Source of the DNA: Octopus bimaculoides
Taxonomy: Eukaryota
Assembly: GCF_001194135.2 (NCBI RefSeq)
Contig: NC_068986.1
Location: forward strand, 31,181,203 to 31,245,202
Length of the DNA stretch: 64,000 nucleotides
Direction: 5' to 3'
Position numbers and translations under genes: made by a program. This document shows positions 23,501 through 37,446 of the stretch, piece after piece (positions within the stretch are counted from its first letter, which is position 1; each line of letters begins with the position of its first letter). Under the pieces are notes generated by a model. The model was given only the letters and a program-made list of their open reading frames with translations. It searched no databases and was not told the DNA's origin.

Positions 23501-26500
23501 GCAGCACAGAGAAGCGAATTTCCATATCATTATGTAACTGCTTCAATTGATCAACATAAACTGTTAAGTCACCATCAAGCAGCTTGGTGGATATGCTTGC
23601 TAAGGAAGGAAACTGTGCAAACTCCCATCTTCCAAGATTCAACAAGAATAACTTTAGTTTTCCGTTGAAGGTTTTAATTTTCTCTTTGCAAGAAAACAGA
23701 GTGGAGTTATTTCTTTGAAGTTCTTTGTTAAGGACGTTTAGCTTTTCAAGTATGTCAGACAAGTAAAAAATATCACTCTTTGCATCGAGTTTCTCTCCAA
23801 GTTCTGTTTCACTCAAAAAAAGAGATAACAGTGTCCCAAAGTGCAACAAAGCGATGCAGGCAATTACCCTTGGATAGCCATCTGACTTCAGTATGCAACA
23901 CAAGTCATTCAAATTCCTCATCGTTATTTTCACATAATTGCTTAAATAGGTGATCTTGCAGTGCATTCTTTTTTATCAAGTTGACAGCTTTGATAACATA
24001 AGTGCAGCATTCAAACGTCCTGATATGCGTTTGGCAACCAGATGCTGTTGATGAAGAAACATTAGCCCAAAGTTCCACACAGTGGGACTGAACCCGAGAC
24101 CACATGGTTGGGAAGAAGGCTTCTTAACCCCACTGCCATGTTTGTGCCTAAATTATTTTTCCTTCTAAAATGTCAATATTTTCTTTCCCCCTGGGTTTGG
24201 TCTGTTTTATTTGTGCTTTGTTTCCATTGCTGTAGGAAAAATGCTGAAGCATGTAGAAGCCATAGAAAAAAGATAAAATGTAATAAATTTAATTTTCTGT
24301 ATTTAGAATTATGACATTTAGTTTAATTTCTACAGTACATATGTTAAGAATTAATTAAAAATAAAGAATCAAATCTATATGTATTTATTCAGTCCAGGTT
24401 TTAATTAGGCCCCATGAAGGCCTTTTTGGCAACTTCAAATGAGAATTAAGCCAATCAATTTTGTTGCTGTTTTACAACTCATCATGAGTATCATTTTATA
24501 AACTTATCAGAAAGTATTGATGAGTTGTATCTGGGCATAATATATCTTCAGGGAGGGGCAACTTTTTCTCAACTGGAAGCTGCATCGTACCATTTCCAAG
24601 TGGGAGAGGGCCGCATGATAAAACACATATACATGAAATATTACTTGCCCACTTTACACTGAATCTTTTGCAGTTCTTCTAATTTTATTTGTCTTGGTAT
24701 GAAATTAGTAACCTAGAAACTCATCGAGGGCCGTACAGCAACATGTCGAGGACTGCAGGTTGCCCATGCATGTTGTATATGTTTTAATATGTAGTCTTTC
24801 AAAGGCAGCGAGCTGGCAGAAACATTAGCACGCCAGGCGAGATGCTTAGTGGTATTTCGTCTGTCGTTACGTTCTGAGTTCAAATTCCGCCGAGATCGAC
24901 TTTGCCTTTCATCCTTTCAGGGTCGATTAAATAAGTACCAGTTACGCACTGGGGTCGATATAATCGACTTAATCCCTTTGTCTGTCCTTGTTTGTTCCCT
25001 CTGTGTGTAGCCCCTTGTGGGCAGTAAAGAAATTAGAAACGTTAGCATGCTGGGCAAAATACTTAGCAGTATTTCGTCTGTCTTTACATTCTGAGTTTAA
25101 ATTTTGCTGAGGTCGACTTTGCCTTTCATCCTTTCGGTGTCGATAAATTAAGTACCAGTTGCGTACTGGGGTCGATTTAANNNNNNNNNNTCCAAAATTC
25201 GGGGCCTGTGCCTAGTGTAAGAAACAATATGTAGTCTTTCACTACTGTTGCTTGGCATCATGGAAATGATGTGAGTATGATCGAGTTGTTAAGTAATAGA
25301 ACTGGTCGGTTCGAGCTTCATCTCAAGCTGATGAAAAAACCCGTATAGGACCTAATTTTTTAAAAAGACTAAATATTAGATTAATTTTATTTAAAAAAAA
25401 AGTTTCTGAAAGATTTATCTCCCTTACATGCAAATGCCACTCTCACTCACGCCATATTGCATGGGATGATAATGGTGTGTTTTCTTTCTGAGAACATTGA
25501 CAGCTGCATTGCAGATGTGACCCAGTTGTGACTCCTAGTTTGAACTACTTCTATTCTCATATTGTTAATGTTCTTTGTAAGAGACGTCAATATCATAATT
25601 TCACCTAAAACTCGTATGTGAGAGAGACATTCATGCGCACTAGTTTTAGTTTGATGTCATTAGTACATTGTGACACATTAACATGTATTATAATATAAAT
25701 AATAACTGATACGTAATTAAAAAGTGTATTTAATGTCATTTCTGTCAGTTGTCTGAAGCATTCTTACTTTGCAGAATACTCCTATCCATTACACCTCAAC
25801 CAAGATAGTGTCATGAATTTTCCTAACAGACTTGTTAATGTTATCTCTACAGACTTTTCTATAGAACACAGCATACTTTGTAGTATATTATGGTTGCATA
25901 ACGAAAAAACGGTATCCCTACAGGTTATTAATATTTCCTCACAGATAATGCTTCCATTTTTGTTTTCTACTCCATAATGTATACACTTTGCAAAACTCTG
26001 CCAGACTTTTTCTTTTCTGCTCTACCAGTCTCATCAACATGTACACATACATATCAAATATGAAAGCATCTATCCTCAAACCAATAAGGCCCCAACCCTA
26101 GCCATGTATCTTGGGTAAGTGTCTTCTATAGCTCTGCACTGACCAAATCCTTGCAAGTGGAATTGGATGATGAAAGCCGTAAGAAATCCATTGTATACAT
26201 TTATGTATGTGTTGTGTTTGTATGTACGCTTGATCTTGACTTCACATAATGGTTGTGGACCAGCATCAACTTCATACAAGTGATGTTGTTTCTTTCCAGT
26301 CTCCCATGAAAAAACTTTTTAGTCGTGAGGACATATTGCCTTGTTTGGAAACCAGTGAGGGTTGGTGGCAAGAAGGGCATCCAGCTGGAAAAAAATGTGC
26401 TTCATCAAATTCCATCTGACCCATACAAGCATGGAAAAATAGGTATTAAAACAATAACACTGTAACATATGTTATCCCAGGTCCACTACCTAAGTAGGAC

Positions 26501-27200
26501 TTGTAATAATTTGCTTTGATTAGGATAAGGAGTAATAATGAAGCCAATATTAGTATGTTGCAAAGACCAGCAATTTCAGGGGAGGGGCTAAGTCAATTAA
26601 AGCAATCTAGTGTTTAATTTGTACTTATTTTATTGGCTCCAAAAGGATGAATGACAAAGTCGATCTCAGTGGAATTTGAACCCAGAACGTAAAGACAGAG
26701 ATGAAATGCTGCTAAGCATTTTGCCCAGCTTATCACCTTAGGATAATAATAATCCTTTCTACTATAGGCACAAGCCCTGAAATTTGGGGGAGGGGCATAG
26801 TTGATTATGTCAACCCCAGTATTTCACTGGTACTTACTTTATTGTCCCTGATGAAGGGCAAAGTTGACCTTGGCGGAATTTGAGCTCAGAACATAGTGAC
26901 GGGCAAAGTACCACTAAGCATTTCGTCCAACGTGTGATTCTGCCAGCTCACCACCTTATTATATAATAATAATGATAATAATCCTTTCTACTGAAGGCAT
27001 AAGGCCTGAAATTATTTGGTGGAGGGGGGGGGCTAATCAATTTCATCAACCCCAGTGCTTAACTGGTACTTATTTCATTGACCCCAAAAGGCTGAAAGGC
27101 AAAGTTGACCTCGGTGAAATTTGAACTCAGAACATAGCACATTGGGCTAAATGCTTAGAGGTATTTTGTCTGTTGCTAACAACTCTGCCAGCTCGCCACC

Positions 27201-27247
<47 letters not shown>

Positions 27248-27474
27248 CATAATAATAATAATCCTTTCTACTATAGGCACAAGGCCTGAAATTGGGGGGA
27301 GGGGGATAGTCGATATTACATCAACCCCAGTGTTAAACTGGTACTTAATTTATCGACTCTGAAAGGATGAAAGGCAAAGTCGACCTCGGTTAAACTTGAA
27401 CTCAGAACATCGCGACAGACAAAATACCACTAAGCATTTTGCCAATGTGCTAACAACTCTTCTGGCTCGCCACC

Positions 27475-27547
<73 letters not shown>

Positions 27548-30500
27548 AGTTAAATAGGGTTCTTGTTGTACCCAAATCTCTCTTTCCATTTGTGACATTC
27601 CTTTTTGTAACCTTGGAAACTTGATTCTTTGAACACGATTCTTTGTAAACTTATGTCAGAGATATTTTACTTATGTCAGAGATATATGTTAGAGATATGT
27701 GGGAAACTTTGCTAGACATTCCTGTGCCCTCTTTACCAAAGACGATGCAAACATCTAAAATGGCAAGGCAGTCAGTTTTTCCATAAATGCATTTGCAAGT
27801 ACACTCATACATGCATGCGCACATACAATGTACATGTGCAGCATAATGCGTATATACATACACACATTTTTATCTGGGTAGATTCTCTAATGTCAGTCTC
27901 CTTGAACATTTAAAATTCTCCATCAGTTCATTTACAAATCGGCAAAGAATTGTTGTTCAGTCTCTCTTCAAGTCTGATTTAGGGAACCTGTTATCAAAGG
28001 CATCCCAGTCGTGTCAGTCGTACCTTTTAGGGCATATTACATTATCTAATGTGGCCTTTATTTAGGTTAGTAGAATGTGAATTTGGAGAGATTTGTCTGC
28101 TGTTTCTAGCATGTCAACTAACCATGTATGAAAGAAGTTGTTTCCTATATAATTAAATGAGAAAAGTACTCAATACTGTTCAGTAGAGTGAGATGTTTAA
28201 TCAGAGCTGAAATTTCCCAAACTGCTATTCAGCGTTTTATGTTTCATCAACCATCTTGAAATGCAAAATTCTAAATGGCGACTGAAGAAATAGCAGGTTA
28301 TTTATATAGTTGAGTAAAGTGTCATCCAAGCTGATGTTTATTGGTAATTAAACTTAATTTGCAACACCTGTGCATCTTTACCAGCTTTGCTTATTATCAA
28401 CAACTTTTCCTGTGATCAGGATTTGATAAGACATACAACAGTATGCTAAAGATCGGACATAATCTCTTGTGGGCAAGACATGTAAAATAAAGTTTATTAT
28501 AAACAACACAAACAATTTGTAATTTAATAGCTTTCAATGTGATATCTGTTAAACAGAAATTATTTTTATTTGATGGAAAATTTATTAAAATCTAATCATA
28601 AGTAAGTGAAATTATGCTAAATACAACTAAATTGCAAACCTTTTTCCCCTGGCCATATTGGAAATTCTGAAAACTTTTGGGTGTGAATTTTATATGAGTA
28701 GAAGCTTTTTTTAACAAATTTTATCCTGAAAATCACCTGTGTAAATTACACAGGTGTGCAAATTACATGGGTTCTTACAGCAATTTAATTTAGTTAATCC
28801 TCTGTTCATCACCTGAATGTCCTCCCTCAAATGCTTCAAAATGTCGCAGTAGAACTCTTGTTTGACAGTCTGGCCCCGTGGTATGAATTCTTGATGCACA
28901 ATACTGTGGATGTTAAAAAAGTGATGAGCATGCTCTTGATAGAACTGCAGTTCTGTCATGCCTTCTTTGGTCATGGAGATGAAGGCCTCTTCCATTGTGA
29001 TGACTGCACCACTAGACCCAACTCTTGTCACTGGTGATGATCCTCGACATGAAGGATGGGTCACCAGTGGTGCGCTGATGGAGATCTTGACAGATTTCAA
29101 TGCAATGTTCTTTCTGCTCACAGGCAAGATACAAATTTGACAGAGACATGCCACATGTTCAATTCAGATGTTAGGATTGCCTGCATGGACCCATACGACA
29201 GACCAACAAGATCAGCAATGTCGTTGATTGTCCTCTGACGATCCTCATGCACAAGCTGATGTCACCCTCATATTTCTGGGGCTGACGCTTGTAGCAAGTC
29301 TTTCAGATCACTCATCATCTTCCAGGGGAATTCTTCCACTTTTGAAGCACCTGTGCTACTTGATTGCAAGATTGTGATTTCAATTTTTGGACCGAGTGGT
29401 GCATCGTGTCCTTGAACAAACCACTGCATTTCGTGTTGCCCCAGTCTAATCAGTTGTAAAAGAGTAATTCCTGTGACAGACCGGCATCTCATTCAGTGGC
29501 TATGTTGCGATCTCACTTACATGTCATGAAAACCAGGTAACCAGCCCTATGAGTCCTGGGACTTGAGACAGTTATGTCTAGGAGTTGATAATAATTTCAT
29601 TCTGTTGAAATTTGATAAGTTCTAGTATTAAATTGGAGTTGACTTAATTTGACCCCAACTTTACTGCTGAGAAAATAAACTTCTTTCTCATATAATAATA
29701 AAAAAATCTATTGATTAAAATGAAATATTATAAAGTTAATGTTGCATTTTTCACTCTTTAACTTCTCTACTGTTCTACTTAGTTTTGTTTTCCCAAAATT
29801 GTTTTTCTGCAATATCGTTTTTCCACTGGGGGTAATTATTTCATTATCAGCTTATTCTTTTATGATCTATATTTCTTTTTAAATAGACATTGTAAATTCC
29901 CCTCAGGAATTACTCTTAATGAAACTGGATTATACATTGTCTATTGAAATATATCTTCCTTTTTCATCATCATCATCATCATCATCACCACCACCACCAC
30001 TGCTATCATTACCACCAGTAGCAACACCACCACCACCACTAACACTACCACTACCACCACAATCGTCATCACCACCACTATCAACAACACCACTCCCACT
30101 ACCAACACCACCACCACTACTACCACCATCATCATCATTATCACACCAGTAGCAGCAGCACCACCACCACCACTGCCACTACTGCCACCATTATCATCAT
30201 CATCACTGCTATCATTGCCATTGCCATCAATACACTAGTAATTCCCATCAGAGAATTGTCTCAACTAAGTCATTGAAATGCTAGGTTGTTTGGTACTACA
30301 TCTGTCCGATATCTAGGTCTACTATGCCAATATTTTTTTAGAATTTGATTTAACACACTCACATATATATCATCATCATCTTAATGTTCACTTCTCCATG
30401 CTTGTATGGGGCAGGTCTTTTACAGCCAGATGCTCTTCCTGTTGCCAACTCTTACCTTTTTCCAAGCAAGATATTTTCCCATAGCCAGAACATGTTCTTG

Positions 30501-31796
30501 AGAAGTAGTGGAAATGAATGAGACTGCTTATGTGACAGTGACACTCATTTGTAGCTTAATTTGACCCCCAACTTTACTGCTTAGAAAATAAACTTCTTTC
30601 TCATATAATAAGAAAAAAATCTATTGATTAAAATGAAATATAAAGTTAATATTGCATTTTTCACTCTTTAACTTTTCTACTGTTCTACTTAGTTTTTTTT
30701 TCCAAAATTGTTTTTCTGCAAGTGTCTTCTACTATAGCCTCGGGCCGACCAAAGCCCTGTGAGTGGATTTAGTAGGCGGAAACTGAAAGAAGCCCGTCGT
30801 ATATATGTATATATATATATACATGTATGTGTGTGTATATGTTTGTGTGTCTGTGTTTGTCCCCCTCAACATCACTTGACAACCGATGCTGGTGCGTTTA
30901 CGTCCCCTGTAACTTAGCAGTTCGGCAAAAGAGACTGATAGAATAAGTGCTAGGCTTACAAAGAATAAGTCCTGAGGTCGATTTGCTCGACTAAAGGCGG
31001 TGCTCCAGCATGGCCTCAGTCAAATGACTGAAACAAGTAAGAACAGTAATCTACCTGATTGTGAAGACTGCACTTAGCAATACTTTTTGCATGCAGCACC
31101 ACTGACCACTATCAAGCAATCTCTTACTTTTGTTACTACAAGAGTCTTCTGCTCTTCTGAACATGCTAATTATATTTTATCCAATCTAAACTCGCTTAAT
31201 GCACCCAATTCTCTTATAATCTCTAATTATGTCTCAGTTCTCAGAGCCTTGAATCAAATTTTCCTTCTCACAGCAGCAAACATCTGGAATTTCGGGGGGT
31301 TTCTGGGAATTTATACAAGTGTAGGGGCAGTGAAAGAAGTAGAGATGAGTGTCCTCTCTATGGCTTTAGTTAATAATGAATGTGGGCTGAATGCTTATGG
31401 TTTTAAGAAGGGTCTAATAATTGTTATGTTTAGCAGCAGTTCGTCTGTCTTTACGTTCTGGGTTCAAAATTCTACCAAGGTCAATTTCACCTTTCATCCT
31501 TTCAGGGTCGACATCATAAGGGCCAGTTGAGTATTGGGGTCAATGTAATCGACTTACCCACTCCCCCAAACTTACTGGCTTGGTGCCAAAATTTGAAACC
31601 AATGTATTTTTTTGACAGCGTCTGTAAAGAATTTGTATAAAAAAATAAATGCAAAAAGAAAATTATAAAACAATTAACTGAGATAAAAATGTTTCTGTGC
31701 AAAATAGAATTTTTCATTAAAAAACAGAAAAGGGGAATAGTTTTTTTGTTAAATGTAAATAATTAAAATACTATTAAATTACAAGGTACACTCACT

Positions 31797-31855
<59 letters not shown>

Positions 31856-32513
31856 CACTGTTTAAATTCTTAAAAAATAATCTTTTAGAACACACCATGT
31901 ATAAAACGTAGTGTTGGTAGAAAATTGGAGTGAGATGGATGGACAGCAGAATTTCTTGTGTTTTATTTGAGCCTTTGTGCTGTAATTTAATCCATATGTG
32001 ACAGAAGGATATGAAGTGTTTTAGCTGGGTGTAGCCTGGCTTAGTAAACCTATCAGGGCTTGAGAATTTCAGTAGAAAGAGAAACTACACTGAACTGTGA
32101 GAAATGCAACTGATATCAGACTCAGATATCCTTGACAACAGTAGGAAAGTTTATTGTTTTTTGTTTTTTTTCTCAAGATAAGCTGGGTTATATGTCACAG
32201 GGGTAAAGAGAAATAATTGGGCGATGGAGGAGAGAATATATGCCAGTTCTACTGTTTCTGGGTAGTTGTCAGTATAATAAGGAATGTCTTTTGTATATTT
32301 TTGAGAGAATTGTCTCCACCCAACCTGCTGCCCATCCCACAGACTTCTCTTTCAATTATTTCTCCTCCATCTCTCAGATTCATAGAATGGATAATTTTCT
32401 CTCTCTCTCTCTTAAAAATCAAATAAACCTTTATGAAATGGAGAGTACTTTGTTTTTATGGAGCAAGTCCCATTCTTTTACAGTCCCTTTCTGCACAATC
32501 TAAGACCACCCCT

Positions 32514-32560
<47 letters not shown>

Positions 32561-34033
32561 GGAATCTTTGAATCTTCTAGTTCTGGTCTGGTGATAAAAG
32601 AATTAAAGAGAAAAGAGGAACAAGAACAAAACGNNNNNNNNNNNNNNNNNNNNNNNNNNNNNNNNNNNNNNNNNNNNNNNNNNNNNNNNNNNNNNNNNNN
32701 NNNNNNNNNNNNNNNNNNNNNNNNNNNNNNNNNNNNNNNNNNNNNNNNNNTTTTTTTTTTTGTTTTGCTTTGACCATGACCAATTCTCTTCAAGTAAGAA
32801 AAGTGTTATATAAGTCTGAAGAAACTAGGCTTTAAAGTGCGTAGTTTCATCAGTGTGTTGTTTTTACTAAGGTTTATTCTTTTATTCTTGATTTTTAAAA
32901 ATCTTTTAATTGTTTTAGTCAATGGACTACAGCCATAGTGGGGTACCCACCACCTCAACCCTTTTGATACCAACCCGGCTGAAACCGGCTCTGGCTCTGA
33001 GTACAAAAGTGTTGTTTTAAAAGTTCTGAATTAAAAATCTTTCACGAAACCTTAGTCACAATTTATGTTCCTAACACTAGCTGAATGATAACTAAGTTAT
33101 TTTACTAAATTCTTTGTTATATTTAACGTAACTGAAAGAAGCACAGAGCATCACAAAATAAATACAATAGTGAAAAGGTTAAAGGGTTTTAGTTGAAGAA
33201 TAGTCCAGGAAAAACATGTCTCTCATTATAGGCTGTTGATAGACTAAAAGTTACATCATTTTGAATGCTTGTTACTTTTTCTAAAATACTTTTAAAAAAT
33301 GACCATCCCGAAATATAACAGTACCTGTTTCAACACACGATTTCACTTCAGGAATCTTGCAGCACAAATTGATACCTTTTTTATTTTGAAATCGAACCAA
33401 ATTCGATGACTGGCACCCATGCCAACCTTCCTTCATTGGACACTAAACTCTATTTCCAAAGACCTGTAGTACCATGCAAATACCCTTGTCATATATTTCT
33501 CATAAATCTTCTGGCAAAAATTACATGGTGAAAACAGAAACAAAAAATGAGGTACAGTCCATCTAATGGGATTTTGAAGTTTCCACCTCTCCAGTTTAAC
33601 TGACAAAGCTTGGGTCAGTCCAAGGCTATGGTAGCAGACACCTGGCCAAAGTGCTGCATCTTGGTGCATGATCACACTTAGAGCCATGTGATTACAGAGC
33701 AAACCTCTTCACCACATGACTACTCTGTGTCTATATATAGGAAGGAAACCTTGGTTACTCAGAGACAGCACTTTAATGAATTTAAGATAAAAGACTCCTA
33801 GACAGCTAATATCTATTGTAGGGTTTCTTAGATTAGGTGTTCTCAGAACTTAACAAATGTGCTTCCAGCAAGTTTTTGACAGGCTTTTGATGTTTGGAGA
33901 AGAAAATTGGCATGTAATTACAGCAACTGCAGTATTTTTATTATTTTTTTTAATGTTTCTTAATTGAATTTTGGTTTAACACCAAATAAGGATGTTTTTT
34001 TTATATCAGAGATCCTTATTATATATCAACATT

Positions 34034-34072
<39 letters not shown>

Positions 34073-34141
34073 TGGGCTTTCTCTCACAGCTATTGGTCAG
34101 TTCAGTAGTAGAAGATATCTCAGGCTGTCATGCAGTGGTGC

Positions 34142-34201
<60 letters not shown>

Positions 34202-35178
34202 GTGTGTGTGTGTGTGTGTGTATTATTATACAGGTTAAACAAATACTCTATCGGTCTCTTTTGCCGAACCGCTAAGTTACGGGGACGTAAACACATCAGC
34301 ATCGGTTGTCAAGCAATGTTGGGGGGACAAACACAGACACACAAACACACACATATATATATACATATACGACGGTCTTTCAGTTTCCGTCTATCAAATC
34401 CACTCACAAGGCTTTGGTCGGCCCAAGGCTATAGTAGAAGACACTTGCCCAAAGTGCCATGCAGTAGGACTGAACCCGGAACCATGTGGTTGGTAAGCAA
34501 GCTACTTACCATACAGGGAGGTGTTTTTATTTCAGCCAAATGCCATCCATTTTTTCCAGCCTCCCAGTTTTAAAGAGCTGGTAGTATTTCTCTTGCACTT
34601 TGTCTCTTCTTCTTCTTCTTCTTCCATCCTCGTTCTTCTAGATTGAAATAAGCCAAAGTAAATTGGAGAGTTCTTTTTCCCTAGCAGCATCTTTATCATT
34701 TTTGTCAGACATTGCATAGCACAGCTTATATTTAATTACTCTGCCATAATTAATTGATTCTTTTCATTCAGACACAGCTAGAAATTCTTAAAAACATTGT
34801 GGAATTTTTCTCTATAGAAGTCAAGAGACTCACATGTACTTAAACTTTTTCTCTTGTTGTCAAGCCCATACTCTCACCTTCTGCCACGTTCTTACTCTCT
34901 CTCTCTCTCTCTCTCACCCTCTCTCTCGCTCTCACCCTCTCTCTCTCACCCTCTCTCTCTCTCTCACCCTCTCTATCTCTCTCTCACCCTCTCTCTCTCT
35001 CACCCTCTCTCTCTCTCTCACNNNNNNNNNNNNNNNNNNNNNNNNNNNNNNNNNNNNNNNNNNNNNNNNNNNNNNNNNNNNNNNTCACCCTATCTCTCTC
35101 TCTCAGTCTCTCTCTCTCAGTCTCTCTCTCTCAGTCTCTCTCTCTCAGTCTCTCTCTCTCAGTCTCTCTCTCTCTCAG

Positions 35179-35214
<36 letters not shown>

Positions 35215-35609
35215 GCTTTTTCTCTCTCACACTCCCATTTTATGTGACAGTTTACAGAATGATATTCTAACCCTTTCTTTCAAAGTATATCTGTACCAGG
35301 GCAAACAAAAAACTCATAATTTGAGAGACCTACTCTGGTGCACTGATGCCATACCAAACAATATTCCCTTCCCAATAAAATAACAAAACATGAAACAGTA
35401 CTCTACAGTAGTTCATGTAGACCCAGGCAGCATGTTTTAATGTTATATAAGCTGTAGTGTTGGCTTTTATAGTTATAAATCTTGTAGCATGTGTTCGTTT
35501 TGAAGATAGGAGATTTTTGAGGAAGTTTTATTGCTAGATTGAGCTAGTATATCAGCAATCAAAACCTTGTGAATGGTTTTGGTAGAAGGAAACTGAAGAA
35601 ACCTGTCAT

Positions 35610-35656
<47 letters not shown>

Positions 35657-37405
35657 NNNNNNNNNNNNNNNNNNNNNNNNNNNNNNNNNNNNNNNNNNNN
35701 NNNNNNNNNNNNNNNNNNNNNNNNNNNNNNNNNNNNNNNNNNNNNNNNNNNNNNNNNNNNNNNNNNNNNNNNNNNNNNNNNNNNNNNNNNNNNNNNNNNN
35801 NNNNNNNNNNNNNNNNNNNNNNNNNNNNNNNNNNNNNNNNNNNNNNNNNNNNNNNNNNNNNNNNNNNNNNNNNNNNNNNNNNNNNNNNNNNNNNNNNNNN
35901 NNNNNNNNNNNNNNNNNNNNNNNNNNNNNNNNNNNNNNNNNNNNNNNNNNNNNNNNNNNNNNTATATGCCAATGTTTCCTTCTCCAAACAGCAAAAGCCC
36001 GTCAAAAACTTGCTGGAAGCACATTTGTTGACAACCAGTGTTGGTTTGTTTACATCCCTGTAACTTAGTGGTTTGGTAAAAAGAGACCAATCGAATAAGT
36101 ACCAGACTAGAAAAAAATAAATAAATGCTGGGGTTGATTCATTTGTCTAAGATTCTTCAAGGCGGTGCCCCAACATGGCCACAGTCTAATGACTGAAACA
36201 AGTAAAAGATAAACAATATATATTGACACTGACTCCCCACCCCACCCCTCAGAATCATAAAAGAATTTAGTAAAAATTTAAATAGAAAAATAAGAAATCT
36301 ATCATTTAGCAGGAAAATAGTTCACAAAGTTTCTTCACCTTATGATAATGTATTAACAACATTAGCAAGAAGTGAATTTAGTGAAAAAAACTGAAATACA
36401 CAGGACAAATTAAGCAATTAACCCTTTAGTGTTTGCATTATTCTTCCAAAATTAATGCTTTTTCATCCACATTGTTTTGAACTAATCATGCATTATCTTG
36501 TAGCTATGAAATTTTGATGAGGTAGCTGTTAATTTTTAAAACGATATTGTAGGGTTGCTGTGAGAGACCAGATCTGACCAGTTTGAGTAGAAGCTTTTTT
36601 TAACAAATTTTATCTTGAAAATCTCCTGCGTAAATTACATTGGTGCGCAAATTACATGGGTTTTTACGGTATATGATTATTTTAAATTTAAGAAAAAAAT
36701 CTTTCATCAGATATTGTGACTATCAGGAATATATTTTTTCAAAAAAAAACTTGGTTCACCAATAAGATCTTTTATTGATTTGAAATTCAAAAAAAAAAGT
36801 TGAAAATCAAAATAAAATTTATATGAAATCATAATTATATTTATAGTGCTGTCTCTCTTTCCTATAATATCTCTCTGATTTTTGTCTTTGCCACTTTTCT
36901 GTTGTTTTGTTGCAGGCTGATAAAGTGGATTCCTACTTACATAGTCAACTTATTAAAACTGAGCCCACAAAAGTACATCTGGCATGTTTCGGAACCTGGG
37001 TTCTCTACCACACACTCTATGTGATGATCAACTACACTCTGGCTGGATTGGAGTTAGAACTCTATGCTACATATGAGTATCATTATATATTCTGGTTAGT
37101 ATGGTTGAGTTGTTGTTATTACTATTATTAAGACAGCGAGCTGGTGGAATTGTTAGAATGTCGGAAAGGATGCTTTGTGATATTACTTGAAGCTCTTTTC
37201 TCTCTCTTTTACTTGTTTCAGTCATTTGACTGCGGCCATGCTGGAGCACCGCCTTTAGTCGAGCAAATCGACCCCGGGGCTTATTCTTTTAAGCCTAGTA
37301 CTTATTCTATCGGTCTCTTTTTGCTGAACCGCTAAGTTACGGGGATGTAAACACACCAGCATCGGTTGTCAAGCGATGTTGAGGGGGACAAACACAGACA
37401 CACAA

Positions 37406-37446
<41 letters not shown>

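Noticed and set aside
29919-30152. Poly-Pro/Ser and poly-Val/Met ORFs, and similar poly-L, HT, YI and SL ORFs elsewhere
   Set aside because: These are translations of simple repeats with no splice or homology support.
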